DNA of 64,000 nt, taken from IMG/VR virus record IMGVR_UViG_3300029337_000071, positions 11,801 to 75,800 of that record. One strand, given 5' to 3'. The notes below the pieces were generated by a model. That model did not search any database and was not told where the DNA came from. It saw only the letters and a list, made by a program, of their open reading frames with translations. This DNA is from a virus. The first letter of the stretch is position 1. Each line of letters opens with the position of its first letter. Made by a program: the position numbers and the translations under genes. Below, in pieces: positions 20,497 to 29,501 of the stretch.

Positions 20497-20538
20497 AAAG
20501 TGACATGTCCTTAGTAGCTACCTAACTTTTCCTTTCTG
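20497..20538 (-). repeat. 42-bp conserved element (copy 1), shared 5' leader/RBS cassette of two methyltransferase genes
   Basis: AAGTGACATGTCCTTAGTAGCTACCTAACTTTTCCTTTCTG also occurs at 35243..35284 with one T insertion. Confidence 0.6.
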
Positions 20539-20628
20539 ATATTCTCTTATTTACTGGGATTCCCATAGCCGAATGGCTTAGATATGTTCAAAAATTTCCG
20601 AATGAAAGATTGGTTTACTGCGAAACCA

Positions 20629-20940
20629 TTACTTACTCTTCTTTACGGAAGTATTATTAACTGACTTCTGAATGTTCTTCAAAAGCTGAATATTATCGTT
20701 AATCATAAGTGCTAATGCCTGATCCTCTGTAAAACCAACACTTACATATGCATCAAACATATTCTTCTTGATTCTCGCCTGAATTGCAGGATATTCAGTA
20801 TTCTCAGAATAATCCTTTGCAATAATCATGAGTTCCTTCAGAACATCATATACAGGCTCTTTATACTTTGTAATGTATGTCTTTACTACCTCTCCTAAAC
20901 TTTCTGGGTTCTCTGCTAATAATCTTAAAATTGTTTCCAT
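20629..20940 (-). CDS. hypothetical protein (103 aa)
   Basis: ORF. Confidence 0.45.
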   Translation of the reverse strand: METILRLLAENPESLGEVVKTYITKYKEPVYDVLKELMIIAKDYSENTEYPAIQARIKKNMFDAYVSVGFTEDQALALMINDNIQLLKNIQKSVNNTSVKKSK

Positions 20941-20968
20941 GTTTAATATTCTCCTTTATAATTTTTTG

Positions 20969-21262
20969 TTATTCTCCAAACTCACAAGTGTCACATGTTG
21001 AAAAATACTTATCGTGATCTATGCAACATTGTGGTCTGTTATCGTCTTCATCAGTTTCTTCATTAAATTTAATATAAAATGGAGTACAATCACAGACCAA
21101 CATTGATGCGATTGACATTCCGTAAATAATAGCAGATTTACACTCTTGATTATCCTTGAATATTGAACAATTGACCATCTTGTTAAATTCTTCAGAACCA
21201 ATGAAATTCAATACTGTTTTCTGTAATTCGGTTGAATCAATTAGCTTTTTATAATCTTCCAT
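20969..21262 (-). CDS. Cys-rich hypothetical protein (97 aa)
   Basis: ORF. Confidence 0.4.
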   Translation of the reverse strand: MEDYKKLIDSTELQKTVLNFIGSEEFNKMVNCSIFKDNQECKSAIIYGMSIASMLVCDCTPFYIKFNEETDEDDNRPQCCIDHDKYFSTCDTCEFGE

Positions 21263-21319
21263 TTGATACCTCTTTTCTATAATCCAATGATATGTTGCAT
21301 TCTTGTGAAGTTACCACAA

Positions 21320-21940
21320 CTAATTACAATATTTTTCAATACCTTGTGTCATAATATCTCTTAATTCGTCTTCTTCATATGTAGAGCCAAACTGCGACCA
21401 ACTACATTCTGTATCATTGTGTACTAACGCAAGTTTAAATACACTGCCACCATAATTCTTATATGCATCTAATTTGATAGCTTTAATATGAGGAATTTCT
21501 AAATACCAATTATGCTCTTTATATTCAAACTGGATATTAGTAGCTTGACCAAAATTATAATCAATGAATTTAACGTTATTCATATACTCAATATCAAGAA
21601 GTTTTTTAATATAATCAATATACCAATCATACATTTCCCTTTCTTTATACTTCTTTCTTTTATCAAGCTTGTTACCATCAGTATCCTGATTCTTTGATAA
21701 CATATTTAACCATTCTCTACACATTTTAATCGTAGACGACTGATCGAGCAGCATATACTGAATGTTCTCTTTATAAGTGCGAAATGCCTGTTGTTCAATA
21801 AGATCATATTCATTTTTTATGTCATCCAATGCTTGTTTCTTTGCTGACAATCTTCTTTCTGCTTGTGCAAACTTATTTAATGAACCCATTTCATATTCGC
21901 CATTATAGCTATATGTATCATTTTTATATACTAAAGACAT
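21320..21940 (-). CDS. hypothetical protein (206 aa)
   Basis: ORF. Confidence 0.45.
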   Translation of the reverse strand: MSLVYKNDTYSYNGEYEMGSLNKFAQAERRLSAKKQALDDIKNEYDLIEQQAFRTYKENIQYMLLDQSSTIKMCREWLNMLSKNQDTDGNKLDKRKKYKEREMYDWYIDYIKKLLDIEYMNNVKFIDYNFGQATNIQFEYKEHNWYLEIPHIKAIKLDAYKNYGGSVFKLALVHNDTECSWSQFGSTYEEDELRDIMTQGIEKYCN

Positions 21941-22009
21941 TAATTCACCTCTTTTATCTTTTCTAACTCCTATCCTCTCTTTACGTCCAAAGGAAACCTG
22001 AATTTACTT

Positions 22010-22192
22010 TTAAATTTGTTCTCCTAACTTCCTGCCACACCAAGGACAATACGAAATATATTCTCGCTGATGAACAAACCCATCGTCATATTCATCCCAT
22101 TCAGAAGTTTCAATATCCAAATAGTATTCATTCGTTAATGGATCTACGTATATTTGATTATCAGGCGAGTTATAATCACAACGGTTACACAT
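22010..22192 (-). CDS. zinc-ribbon protein (60 aa)
   Basis: CNRCDY...CPWCGRKL. Confidence 0.4.
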   Translation of the reverse strand: MCNRCDYNSPDNQIYVDPLTNEYYLDIETSEWDEYDDGFVHQREYISYCPWCGRKLGEQI

Positions 22193-22194
22193 AT

Positions 22195-23121
22195 TTATTC
22201 TCCAAAAATAATCTTCTTAGCCCAATTCATAGTTGTAGAGCCACACATCTTTCCAAAGAATTCACCAGCTTCAACAACCAATTCATTCTCTTCTTTCACA
22301 CAATCCTCAAAAATTCTCTTAGGTAAATTTTGTGCAACAATCTTCATATCTTGTGGTTCAATCTTTTCAGACAAAATGCCTTCATCAATCATTTTATGTA
22401 ATTCTTTCTGAACCCTATTCTTTGTAACAATTTGTTCTACTATATCAGAAGCTTTTGCTTTGGCAGCTAATTTCTGCGGATCTTCTACTTTCTGTTTGTG
22501 ATTGTCCTTCTTGATTTCACTGAATTGTGAGTTTACAATCTTTAAAACAAATGGGGTTCTTGAATTTGGATTGTTAAGTTCTGTCTGATTCTTAACAACA
22601 ATTCCTTCAGGAACATCAACTGCAATATCTGACTTGTACATAAACGACATACAATGCTCCCAAGAGATAAATTCTCCATCATAAAATGTCTGTACATATC
22701 TTAAATTCAACTCATCAGCGAGTCTCTTAACCTTTGACTGTGGTAGATAACACTCGTTTTCCTTATCATATACATCATAAAAATAAAATTTCTTATATGC
22801 ATCCTGAATATATTTAATGGTATGAGAAGTCAACCATTCACCAAAGAATACATAGTTTGGATATTTTGAAAATGGTTTGACTGCTAACATCTGTACCCAA
22901 TTCCAAAATCCATTTAATGTATTGTTGTAATCAAGAGTCTGTCTTCTTGAAAATGCAACTAATTTATTTGTTTCTATGTCATATGCAATAGCTGAATTGC
23001 TTCCATCTACCTTTTCCTGAATTACAATATGATCTCCTACATGAAAACCACCTGTGTTTGCTACTGTTAATTCCGTATCTTCTTTGATACGTGATATATC
23101 CATAAATTTCTTCTGATCCAA
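22195..23121 (-). CDS. ATP-dependent RNA ligase, Rnl2-like (T4 RnlB family)
   Basis: Nucleotidyltransferase motif I EKVDGSN (KxDGxN), motif III FFGEW, motif IV EGIVVKN, Lys-rich motif V. Confidence 0.6.
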   Translation of the reverse strand: MDQKKFMDISRIKEDTELTVANTGGFHVGDHIVIQEKVDGSNSAIAYDIETNKLVAFSRRQTLDYNNTLNGFWNWVQMLAVKPFSKYPNYVFFGEWLTSHTIKYIQDAYKKFYFYDVYDKENECYLPQSKVKRLADELNLRYVQTFYDGEFISWEHCMSFMYKSDIAVDVPEGIVVKNQTELNNPNSRTPFVLKIVNSQFSEIKKDNHKQKVEDPQKLAAKAKASDIVEQIVTKNRVQKELHKMIDEGILSEKIEPQDMKIVAQNLPKRIFEDCVKEENELVVEAGEFFGKMCGSTTMNWAKKIIFGE

Positions 23122-23186
23122 GTTCCTCTTACCTTAGTAAGTAGTGCGCACTTTATCCTATAGGAACTTTTCTATTTTCCTTTCTT

Positions 23187-23888
23187 TTAATCTTCTAATT
23201 TGTTACCTTTAGCTTCATTACAAAGCTTACACATTGTTTGATAGTTACTAATATCATCAATACCACCTTTTGAACGTGGTAAAATATGATCTTTTGTCAT
23301 TAAAATTTCATTACCATTATCATCGACTGCATATAAATTCAGATGATAAGTTTTATCCTGTAAATGTCTTTCTTTAGCAAAATATTTGCCTTCAACTCCA
23401 CAAACTACACATTTACAGCCTTTTGTGAAAAATGTTTGGTATCTTTGACTATTACCTTTAATCAAATCACCATCAAAATCAACTTTTGCATTTCTTTTAT
23501 CTTTTTCAAACAAAACATCCTTTGTTTTTTCTCTAACTTCATCAATAGAGTAAATTTCTTTGCGAATCAAATCCTCATGTTTTAATTTTTGCTTTAGTTT
23601 TGATTTGCAAAATTGCTTAGTTAATAAAACATTACAAATATCTTCATTACTCAAAATATTCAACAAATCATCTACTGTTTTAATCTGGTTAGGAATATAA
23701 TCAGAAAGTAAATGTCTATTCCAAACAATCTTAAAAATTTCTGTATCCAAATTTGGTGATAATGGATTATTATTTTTAGGAAAACTCGTATTTAAGAAAT
23801 CTTCAATAGTTTCATATTTGTCTAATAACTCCTTATCATTAAAACGATAATGAAATTTAAGACCTTTAAAAAATTTCTTTTTGCTCAT
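23187..23888 (-). CDS. HNH endonuclease
   Basis: CKCVVCG...DHILPRSKGG...NYQTMCKLCNEAKGNK matches the HNH motif. Confidence 0.6.
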   Translation of the reverse strand: MSKKKFFKGLKFHYRFNDKELLDKYETIEDFLNTSFPKNNNPLSPNLDTEIFKIVWNRHLLSDYIPNQIKTVDDLLNILSNEDICNVLLTKQFCKSKLKQKLKHEDLIRKEIYSIDEVREKTKDVLFEKDKRNAKVDFDGDLIKGNSQRYQTFFTKGCKCVVCGVEGKYFAKERHLQDKTYHLNLYAVDDNGNEILMTKDHILPRSKGGIDDISNYQTMCKLCNEAKGNKLED

Positions 23889-23994
23889 AGTGACATCTCC
23901 TTTAAAATTTTATTGTCACTTATATATTCTCTCTTTTATTTGGGAATCGTGAGCAGAAACGCTCTTAGATGGAATCATTTGAAATGCTTCTTTC

Positions 23995-24219
23995 TTATTT
24001 CTCATATAAAGCTTTCTGAAATTGTTTTCTAAATTTCTTACAAGCTGATTCATTTTGACTATCTGTTAATACTCCATGTATATAACAATACTGAATTGAA
24101 TATAATAACTTTTGTAATCTCTCAGCGTCTTTACCGAGAGTACACCCTTGTTTATTCACATACTTTTCCAAATTATCAAATAACGGATCAAAATTACTCA
24201 TATCTACAACTTTACCCAT
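23995..24219 (-). CDS. hypothetical protein (74 aa)
   Basis: ORF. Confidence 0.4.
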   Translation of the reverse strand: MGKVVDMSNFDPLFDNLEKYVNKQGCTLGKDAERLQKLLYSIQYCYIHGVLTDSQNESACKKFRKQFQKALYEK

Positions 24220-24223
24220 ATTC

Positions 24224-24511
24224 TTATTCCCCCATCTGATCTACAATACTTTGTAACTTGTCAATATACATCTGTGCATATTTTTTATGTGATAACTGTT
24301 TAATATTAGCAGGTACAAAAGCTAACTTTGCTTCACCAAAAACATCATTATTTGAATAAACTTTCATAAACTGGCACATAGTTTCAGCATCAACCTGATC
24401 TAAATCTAGCTGAAAACAAATTACATCGCCCTTCTGTGGATGCAGTTTTCTAACCTTAATAAGTGTCTGTTTAAATAATTTCTTTCTCTGTCTCTTATTC
24501 ATAATTTTCAC
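24224..24511 (-). CDS. hypothetical protein (95 aa)
   Basis: ORF. Confidence 0.4.
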   Translation of the reverse strand: MKIMNKRQRKKLFKQTLIKVRKLHPQKGDVICFQLDLDQVDAETMCQFMKVYSNNDVFGEAKLAFVPANIKQLSHKKYAQMYIDKLQSIVDQMGE

Positions 24512-24515
24512 CTAC

Positions 24516-24779
24516 CTACATAACTTCTAAATGATATTCTTCAACATATTTTCTTCTCTTCCAAAACTTCCACCACGGAAATTTCACATATTCTATTTCT
24601 ATAACTCGAAGCATCTTATCCTCATTTTTATCTCTGTCTAACCTTAAAGCAGGTGAATCAAACATTGCTTTGGCTAATTCGTTAATAGAAATATGTTCTC
24701 CAATTTGATATTTCTTCTTGTGTGGTTGTGGAGGATAATAAGAAATTACGTCATGTTGTTGTAATTCATATGCTCTCAT
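24516..24779 (-). CDS. hypothetical protein (87 aa)
   Basis: ORF. Confidence 0.4.
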   Translation of the reverse strand: MRAYELQQHDVISYYPPQPHKKKYQIGEHISINELAKAMFDSPALRLDRDKNEDKMLRVIEIEYVKFPWWKFWKRRKYVEEYHLEVM

Positions 24780-24791
24780 ATTGTTATTCTC

Positions 24792-25265
24792 CTATTCGCT
24801 CACTCTAAGTACATTTGTATCACCAACTGCCAAATCTTTCTCTTCCACAAAAGAATTAAAATACTCATTATTCTTAAAATTATCTTCTAATGCTTCGGTA
24901 ATAATATCATCCAACCGACCAAAGAATTTTACAGAAGGATAAAACGCTGGATATTTCTTTAAACGGTATTTATTAACATTCCCCCTTAATACAGATAATC
25001 CATGTCTTCTACGCTTATTGTTGTTCCAATGAATAGGATCAGCATAGAAAGCATTTTTGTTTCTTTCATACTCTTCTTTTTCTTCCTTCGCCAATCTGTC
25101 AAGTTCTTTTTCTCGTTCAGTTTTTGGACGAGGTTTCATAATTTCTTTGACATTTTCTCGAATTTTATCATTCGCTTCTGCTTTTTCTGAATCACTCATC
25201 TTGTTATAGTTCATAGCAGCTTCTAAAAATATATTTTTCAATTTCTCACCTACTTTCATGACCAA
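24792..25265 (-). CDS. hypothetical protein (157 aa)
   Basis: ORF. Confidence 0.45.
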   Translation of the reverse strand: MVMKVGEKLKNIFLEAAMNYNKMSDSEKAEANDKIRENVKEIMKPRPKTEREKELDRLAKEEKEEYERNKNAFYADPIHWNNNKRRRHGLSVLRGNVNKYRLKKYPAFYPSVKFFGRLDDIITEALEDNFKNNEYFNSFVEEKDLAVGDTNVLRVSE

Positions 25266-25281
25266 AGGAAACGTGGTTTTC

Positions 25282-25827
25282 TTACTTTACTTCTAAGTCT
25301 TCCATAATAATTTGCTTTTGAAGGAAATTCCAACAATAATAACTACTACTAAATGTTATTTTGTTTTGAACTTCTCCGTTATTCATAAATTTCATTCTTT
25401 TATCAAACATCAACAACTGTAAATCTCTTTCCTTAAATATCTGTTTTGGAGCAGCGTCATTTAACCATGTATTACTCATAATAAGTGCGAATGGCTTTCC
25501 AAAACTTAAAGCTCTTTCAAATATCTTACGCTTGTTTGTAAATGGAGGATTTGACACAATACAATCCCAGTTATCATCGGGTTCATATGTATAGAAATCT
25601 TGTCCATTATCTATATGAGTAGCGATTACTTTGTGACCTGCTTCTCTAATTTGTTTAACAAATTCACTATTTTCTTTATCGAATGGACACCACACCACTG
25701 CATTTTGTGGGATATATTTAATAATTGGCTTCACTCCATAAGCAGGTGTTAAGCATTCGTCATTGTTTCCTTTGCTATATAAGACTTCTTTACTATTAAT
25801 CATTATTATTTTTTCAAAAAGGTACAA
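25282..25827 (-). CDS. putative small N6-adenine DNA methyltransferase (NPPF motif)
   Basis: DCIVSNPPFTNKRK (amino-MTase motif IV NPPF); about 180 aa. The start is probably the internal MINSKE. Confidence 0.4.
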   Translation of the reverse strand: MYLFEKIIMINSKEVLYSKGNNDECLTPAYGVKPIIKYIPQNAVVWCPFDKENSEFVKQIREAGHKVIATHIDNGQDFYTYEPDDNWDCIVSNPPFTNKRKIFERALSFGKPFALIMSNTWLNDAAPKQIFKERDLQLLMFDKRMKFMNNGEVQNKITFSSSYYCWNFLQKQIIMEDLEVK

Positions 25828-25968
25828 CGTTGTTTAATTCTTGCAAGAAACCTATACCTTTCTTAATATTTTTTGTAATTACATTTATATATTCTTTTAA
25901 TTCTTGCTGTTTTCAACCTCTGAAAGCCTTGATTTTAGGGCATTTCAGAGATTGGGATTTTAATAAAA

Positions 25969-26169
25969 CTATCCGTATTGCTCAAAATTATTTTTTAATA
26001 AATTTTCACATAGAATAAGTTCTATTTTGTTATTACTTAGAATATATCTACCATCTGATAATTTTTTTGCTACAAACCAAACAGAACCAATTTCTATTTT
26101 TATTCTTTCTAACTCATTTTTATCAAATAGAGTTGTTTTAAATTCTTTGGTGCATTCATACATTCTCAT
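25969..26169 (-). CDS. hypothetical protein (66 aa)
   Basis: ORF. Confidence 0.35.
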   Translation of the reverse strand: MRMYECTKEFKTTLFDKNELERIKIEIGSVWFVAKKLSDGRYILSNNKIELILCENLLKNNFEQYG

Positions 26170-26185
26170 GTTTTTATTCTCCTAT

Positions 26186-27058
26186 TTAATAATTTGTGAT
26201 TAATACCTCGCAATCGGCACTCTTGTCCTTTTTCTGATAATTACAGTTGCTATAATCACCATTAAGATAATGAATGTTATATTTATTTTTCCATTCATCT
26301 AATAACGGATTATCATATTTAAGATTGTTGCTTAGTGCAAATCTGCCATGCTTGTCCACAACATCTAACACACTTAACAAATCTTTCTCGTCCTGTTCTG
26401 ACCAACCGCCATTTTCGTTATAAGTAGCAACTGAGTTGTAATATGGTGGATCAACATATATAAAATCGTCTGCAAAAAAATTACATTCTCTAAAATCTTT
26501 ATTCCAAAATTGAATGTCTTTTTTATGCATTTCATCAACAAAAGTCTTTAATTTTTCTTGTAGGGAAATATTATAATCACGTTTTCCATAAGGCATATTA
26601 AATTCACCTTTAGAATTGAATCGTATCTGATTACTAAACGAACACGTTATAAGTGTATAGAATTTAATCCAATCAGGATTAGAGTTGTATGCTTTTCTTA
26701 ATTCAAAGTATTTAGGCTTATTATATTCGCCAAGACCTTTACTTGACTCACATCCATATACTTCATAACCATTAAGATCAGACCTGCTTAATCCAAAATC
26801 AGATATGGTTTTTAAAATCATATTATGAATATACTCAGAATCATTATTGTAGAAATGTTCCAATAAATCTACCACCTGTTTACAAATATCATTGTAAACC
26901 AAATGCTTTACTTCAATGTTAATCCCAACATTAAATCCACCACCAAATAAATCTACAAATGTATTAATATCTTTTGGTATAAGGGGTATAATCTGTGGCA
27001 GTAACTTATACTTGCCTCCGACATAATTTAGAGGCGATTTGATATATGTATTTTTCAA
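26186..27058 (-). CDS. Dam-family (D12 class) N6-adenine DNA methyltransferase
   Basis: N-terminal NYVGGKYKLLPQI...VDLFGGGFNV (motifs X/I) and FIYVDPPYYNS (DPPY). Confidence 0.65.
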   Translation of the reverse strand: MKNTYIKSPLNYVGGKYKLLPQIIPLIPKDINTFVDLFGGGFNVGINIEVKHLVYNDICKQVVDLLEHFYNNDSEYIHNMILKTISDFGLSRSDLNGYEVYGCESSKGLGEYNKPKYFELRKAYNSNPDWIKFYTLITCSFSNQIRFNSKGEFNMPYGKRDYNISLQEKLKTFVDEMHKKDIQFWNKDFRECNFFADDFIYVDPPYYNSVATYNENGGWSEQDEKDLLSVLDVVDKHGRFALSNNLKYDNPLLDEWKNKYNIHYLNGDYSNCNYQKKDKSADCEVLITNY

Positions 27059-27200
27059 ATTTGTTCACCTGGTAGCTGCGCAGCTTTACTCACATGTGAA
27101 CTCTAATCCTTTCATTAATTTGTAATTATATTGTTATATTCTCTTTTTGTCTCGAATATTGTGTAGTTTTCGTGACAAGCCAAGAAACCAAAATTTCTTC

Positions 27201-27554
27201 TTACTTTTGCAAATTCGCCAATCTCTTATGGCTCAATACATTCAGTGTATCCTCAATACCTTCATAATAAGCAGACTGTTTATCAACATCGTGGTAATTT
27301 CTTGCCTTATCAAATACCTCTTGTATGTACTTCTCTTCATCCTTTTTATCTATTGATAAACGCTTGATTTTACCAATGCAATCATCACATATATCTAAGC
27401 TGTTAAATAACTTATTCCAAAGTCGACAACCATTAATATATCTTTTAGCAATTCCCGCAATGTCAAGTTCAAAACCAGGAATTCTATTTCCACAAATATC
27501 ACATACTCTATAATTTATCTTTGACACTAATTTACCTCCTGTAATGGACACCAT
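27201..27554 (-). CDS. zinc-ribbon hypothetical protein (117 aa)
   Basis: CDICGNRIPGF...CDDCIGKIKRL. Confidence 0.4.
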   Translation of the reverse strand: MVSITGGKLVSKINYRVCDICGNRIPGFELDIAGIAKRYINGCRLWNKLFNSLDICDDCIGKIKRLSIDKKDEEKYIQEVFDKARNYHDVDKQSAYYEGIEDTLNVLSHKRLANLQK

Positions 27555-27727
27555 TCAGGTTTATTCTGACAATATCCATCTTTACAATCAATCATTCTGC
27601 ATAGAGTGTTGTCGTCTGGTTCATCCATTACTTCGCAACAAGCCTCAATACCTTCATCAATTTCTCTACAAAACCTACAGTCAAGACATGTTTCAGGCAT
27701 ATCAATGAACAACGCTGCTTTACTCAT
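27527..27727 (-). CDS. Cys-rich protein, paralog of 40014..40319
   Basis: MSKAALFIDMPETCLDCRFCREIDEGIEACCEVMDEPDDNTLCRM is about 70% identical to the 40-kb copy. Start at MSK has GAAAGGAGAATAT upstream. Confidence 0.5.
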   Translation of the reverse strand: MSKAALFIDMPETCLDCRFCREIDEGIEACCEVMDEPDDNTLCRMIDCKDGYCQNKPEWCPLQEVN

Positions 27728-27768
27728 ATATTCTCCTTTCTCGATCCTAAGAAATATCGCATTCATTT

Positions 27769-28101
27769 TTATTTTAGTCTGTTCTTATATCGCTCAATAC
27801 CATATCTTTCAAGCGAACTACTTGTCATAGTAGCCATTTCCACGTTTGTATTTAACAGAATTGACAACACAAGTGGAAGCTCATCGATCAGAATATTTTT
27901 ATCTCTTTTCATTGCATCAATATCAGCAAATTCATATGCAGAATAAATCTTAACCTCTTTATCAGTAATTCTTTCTGCTAAATCACAAAGATACTGTTTC
28001 ATACTCTCCGTTCCTACGATAATTGGATATCCCGTCTCTACTGCTTTCATAATCAGTCTTGTTGATTTACCGTATCCTCTTGGTACATTTAAAATTTCCA
28101 T
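27769..28101 (-). CDS. small P-loop protein (110 aa)
   Basis: Walker A-like PRGYGKST. Confidence 0.4.
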   Translation of the reverse strand: MEILNVPRGYGKSTRLIMKAVETGYPIIVGTESMKQYLCDLAERITDKEVKIYSAYEFADIDAMKRDKNILIDELPLVLSILLNTNVEMATMTSSSLERYGIERYKNRLK

Positions 28102-28122
28102 GTGTATATTCTCCTATCGTTT

Positions 28123-28857
28123 TTAGAAATTTGGATAGAATGAAGGCATAAGCTGAAGCTTGAACAAATTCTTTTCATGCATTGAATCAATCTTAGCTTT
28201 TACATCCTCATCATCAATCTCTCCTGTTCTGATATATCTATCAAGAGTGTCATAAGTGAATCCAAGGTTATCCTCGTCAGTCTTTCCACAAAGACCGTCA
28301 GTAGGTGTCTTATCTACTAACTCAGATGGAAGTCCTAATTCACGACCAATAGCCTTAACTTCCGAAACTGTAAGCTGTGATAGTGGTGCAAATGAACCAA
28401 ATCCGTCACCTCCGAAGGTCGCATAACCAACCCAATCCTCGGAAAGATTACAATTACAACTTGGGATGCCGTTATTACACTGAGCATAGAAATACAATTC
28501 TGTCATTCTAACTCTTGCAGGAGCATTTACTTTAGCCTGTTCTGTAACAACTACTCCATTTGATTCCATTTCAGAAATAATAGAATCAACGGTTGAACCA
28601 ATATTAATAATTTTGTATTCAATCCCAAGATGATTTGCACATAGAATACTACAGTCAATATCTGACTGTTCATGCTGCGGTAGCATAATAGCTTTTACTC
28701 TATCTTTTCCCAATGCCGCAACACATATAGCCGCAACTACAGACGAATCTTTCCCACCAGATAGTGCGATACAACAATTCTTATCTGGGAATTTTTCTTC
28801 AAACAAATTTTTAACCCATTCAATCACGTCATTTGTTACTGTTTTTGCATCAAACAT
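28123..28857 (-). CDS. nadE: NH3-dependent NAD+ synthetase
   Basis: PP-loop ALSGGKDSS; NAPARVRMTELY; GYATFGGDGFGSFAPL...KTPTDGL parallels E. coli NadE GNEKARERMKAQY / TKYGDGG...PTADL. Confidence 0.7.
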   Translation of the reverse strand: MFDAKTVTNDVIEWVKNLFEEKFPDKNCCIALSGGKDSSVVAAICVAALGKDRVKAIMLPQHEQSDIDCSILCANHLGIEYKIINIGSTVDSIISEMESNGVVVTEQAKVNAPARVRMTELYFYAQCNNGIPSCNCNLSEDWVGYATFGGDGFGSFAPLSQLTVSEVKAIGRELGLPSELVDKTPTDGLCGKTDEDNLGFTYDTLDRYIRTGEIDDEDVKAKIDSMHEKNLFKLQLMPSFYPNF

Positions 28858-28874
28858 TTATATATTCTCCTTCC

Positions 28875-29501
28875 TTACATTCGATTCATTACATCATAAA
28901 ATCGTATCAAATATTCATATACATTCTCAGGAACTAACTCTTTTACCTTTTCAAATTCGCCCTTTTCACACAAATTTCTAACCAAACTTGATGAAGTATG
29001 ATTTTCTGGTATTTGAATTTCTGTAAAATGATCCTTATATTCCATTAAATTAGCTTCTTCTAAAGCATCGTTAAGATTCTGCCCTTCTCTGACACAAGCA
29101 ACAAAATGATATTCTTCTACAAATGGTTTCCAGTTGTACCAACTTGTCAGAGTTTGAATATTGTCCATCCCTAAACAGATATAATATTCGTTGAATTTAT
29201 ACTCTTTTTCTACTTCATCTCTTAGCTGTGTTATTGTATTGTATGTTCTTTGTGGAAAGAAACTCGTTGTCTCTATATCTAATGCTTTCATGTTATACTT
29301 ATCACAATTTGGCATTGAATTTATTAATGATACTCGACAATAACCAGGGATTAATGTTCTTTTCTTTGCCACATAAGTATCATGAGCTGGAATAAAATAT
29401 ATCATGTCGGCATTAACTGCATTTTTAGCAGCCAATGCCATACCCACATGAGCATTTGTAATAGGATTAAAACTTCCTGGAATAAGCAAAATCTTATTCA
29501 T
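28875..29501 (-). CDS. nadD: nicotinate/nicotinamide mononucleotide adenylyltransferase
   Basis: IPGSFNPITNAHV (nucleotidyltransferase (H/T)xGH motif). Start at MNKILL has GGAGAA 7 nt upstream. 8-nt overlap with pncB. Confidence 0.6.
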   Translation of the reverse strand: MNKILLIPGSFNPITNAHVGMALAAKNAVNADMIYFIPAHDTYVAKKRTLIPGYCRVSLINSMPNCDKYNMKALDIETTSFFPQRTYNTITQLRDEVEKEYKFNEYYICLGMDNIQTLTSWYNWKPFVEEYHFVACVREGQNLNDALEEANLMEYKDHFTEIQIPENHTSSSLVRNLCEKGEFEKVKELVPENVYEYLIRFYDVMNRM

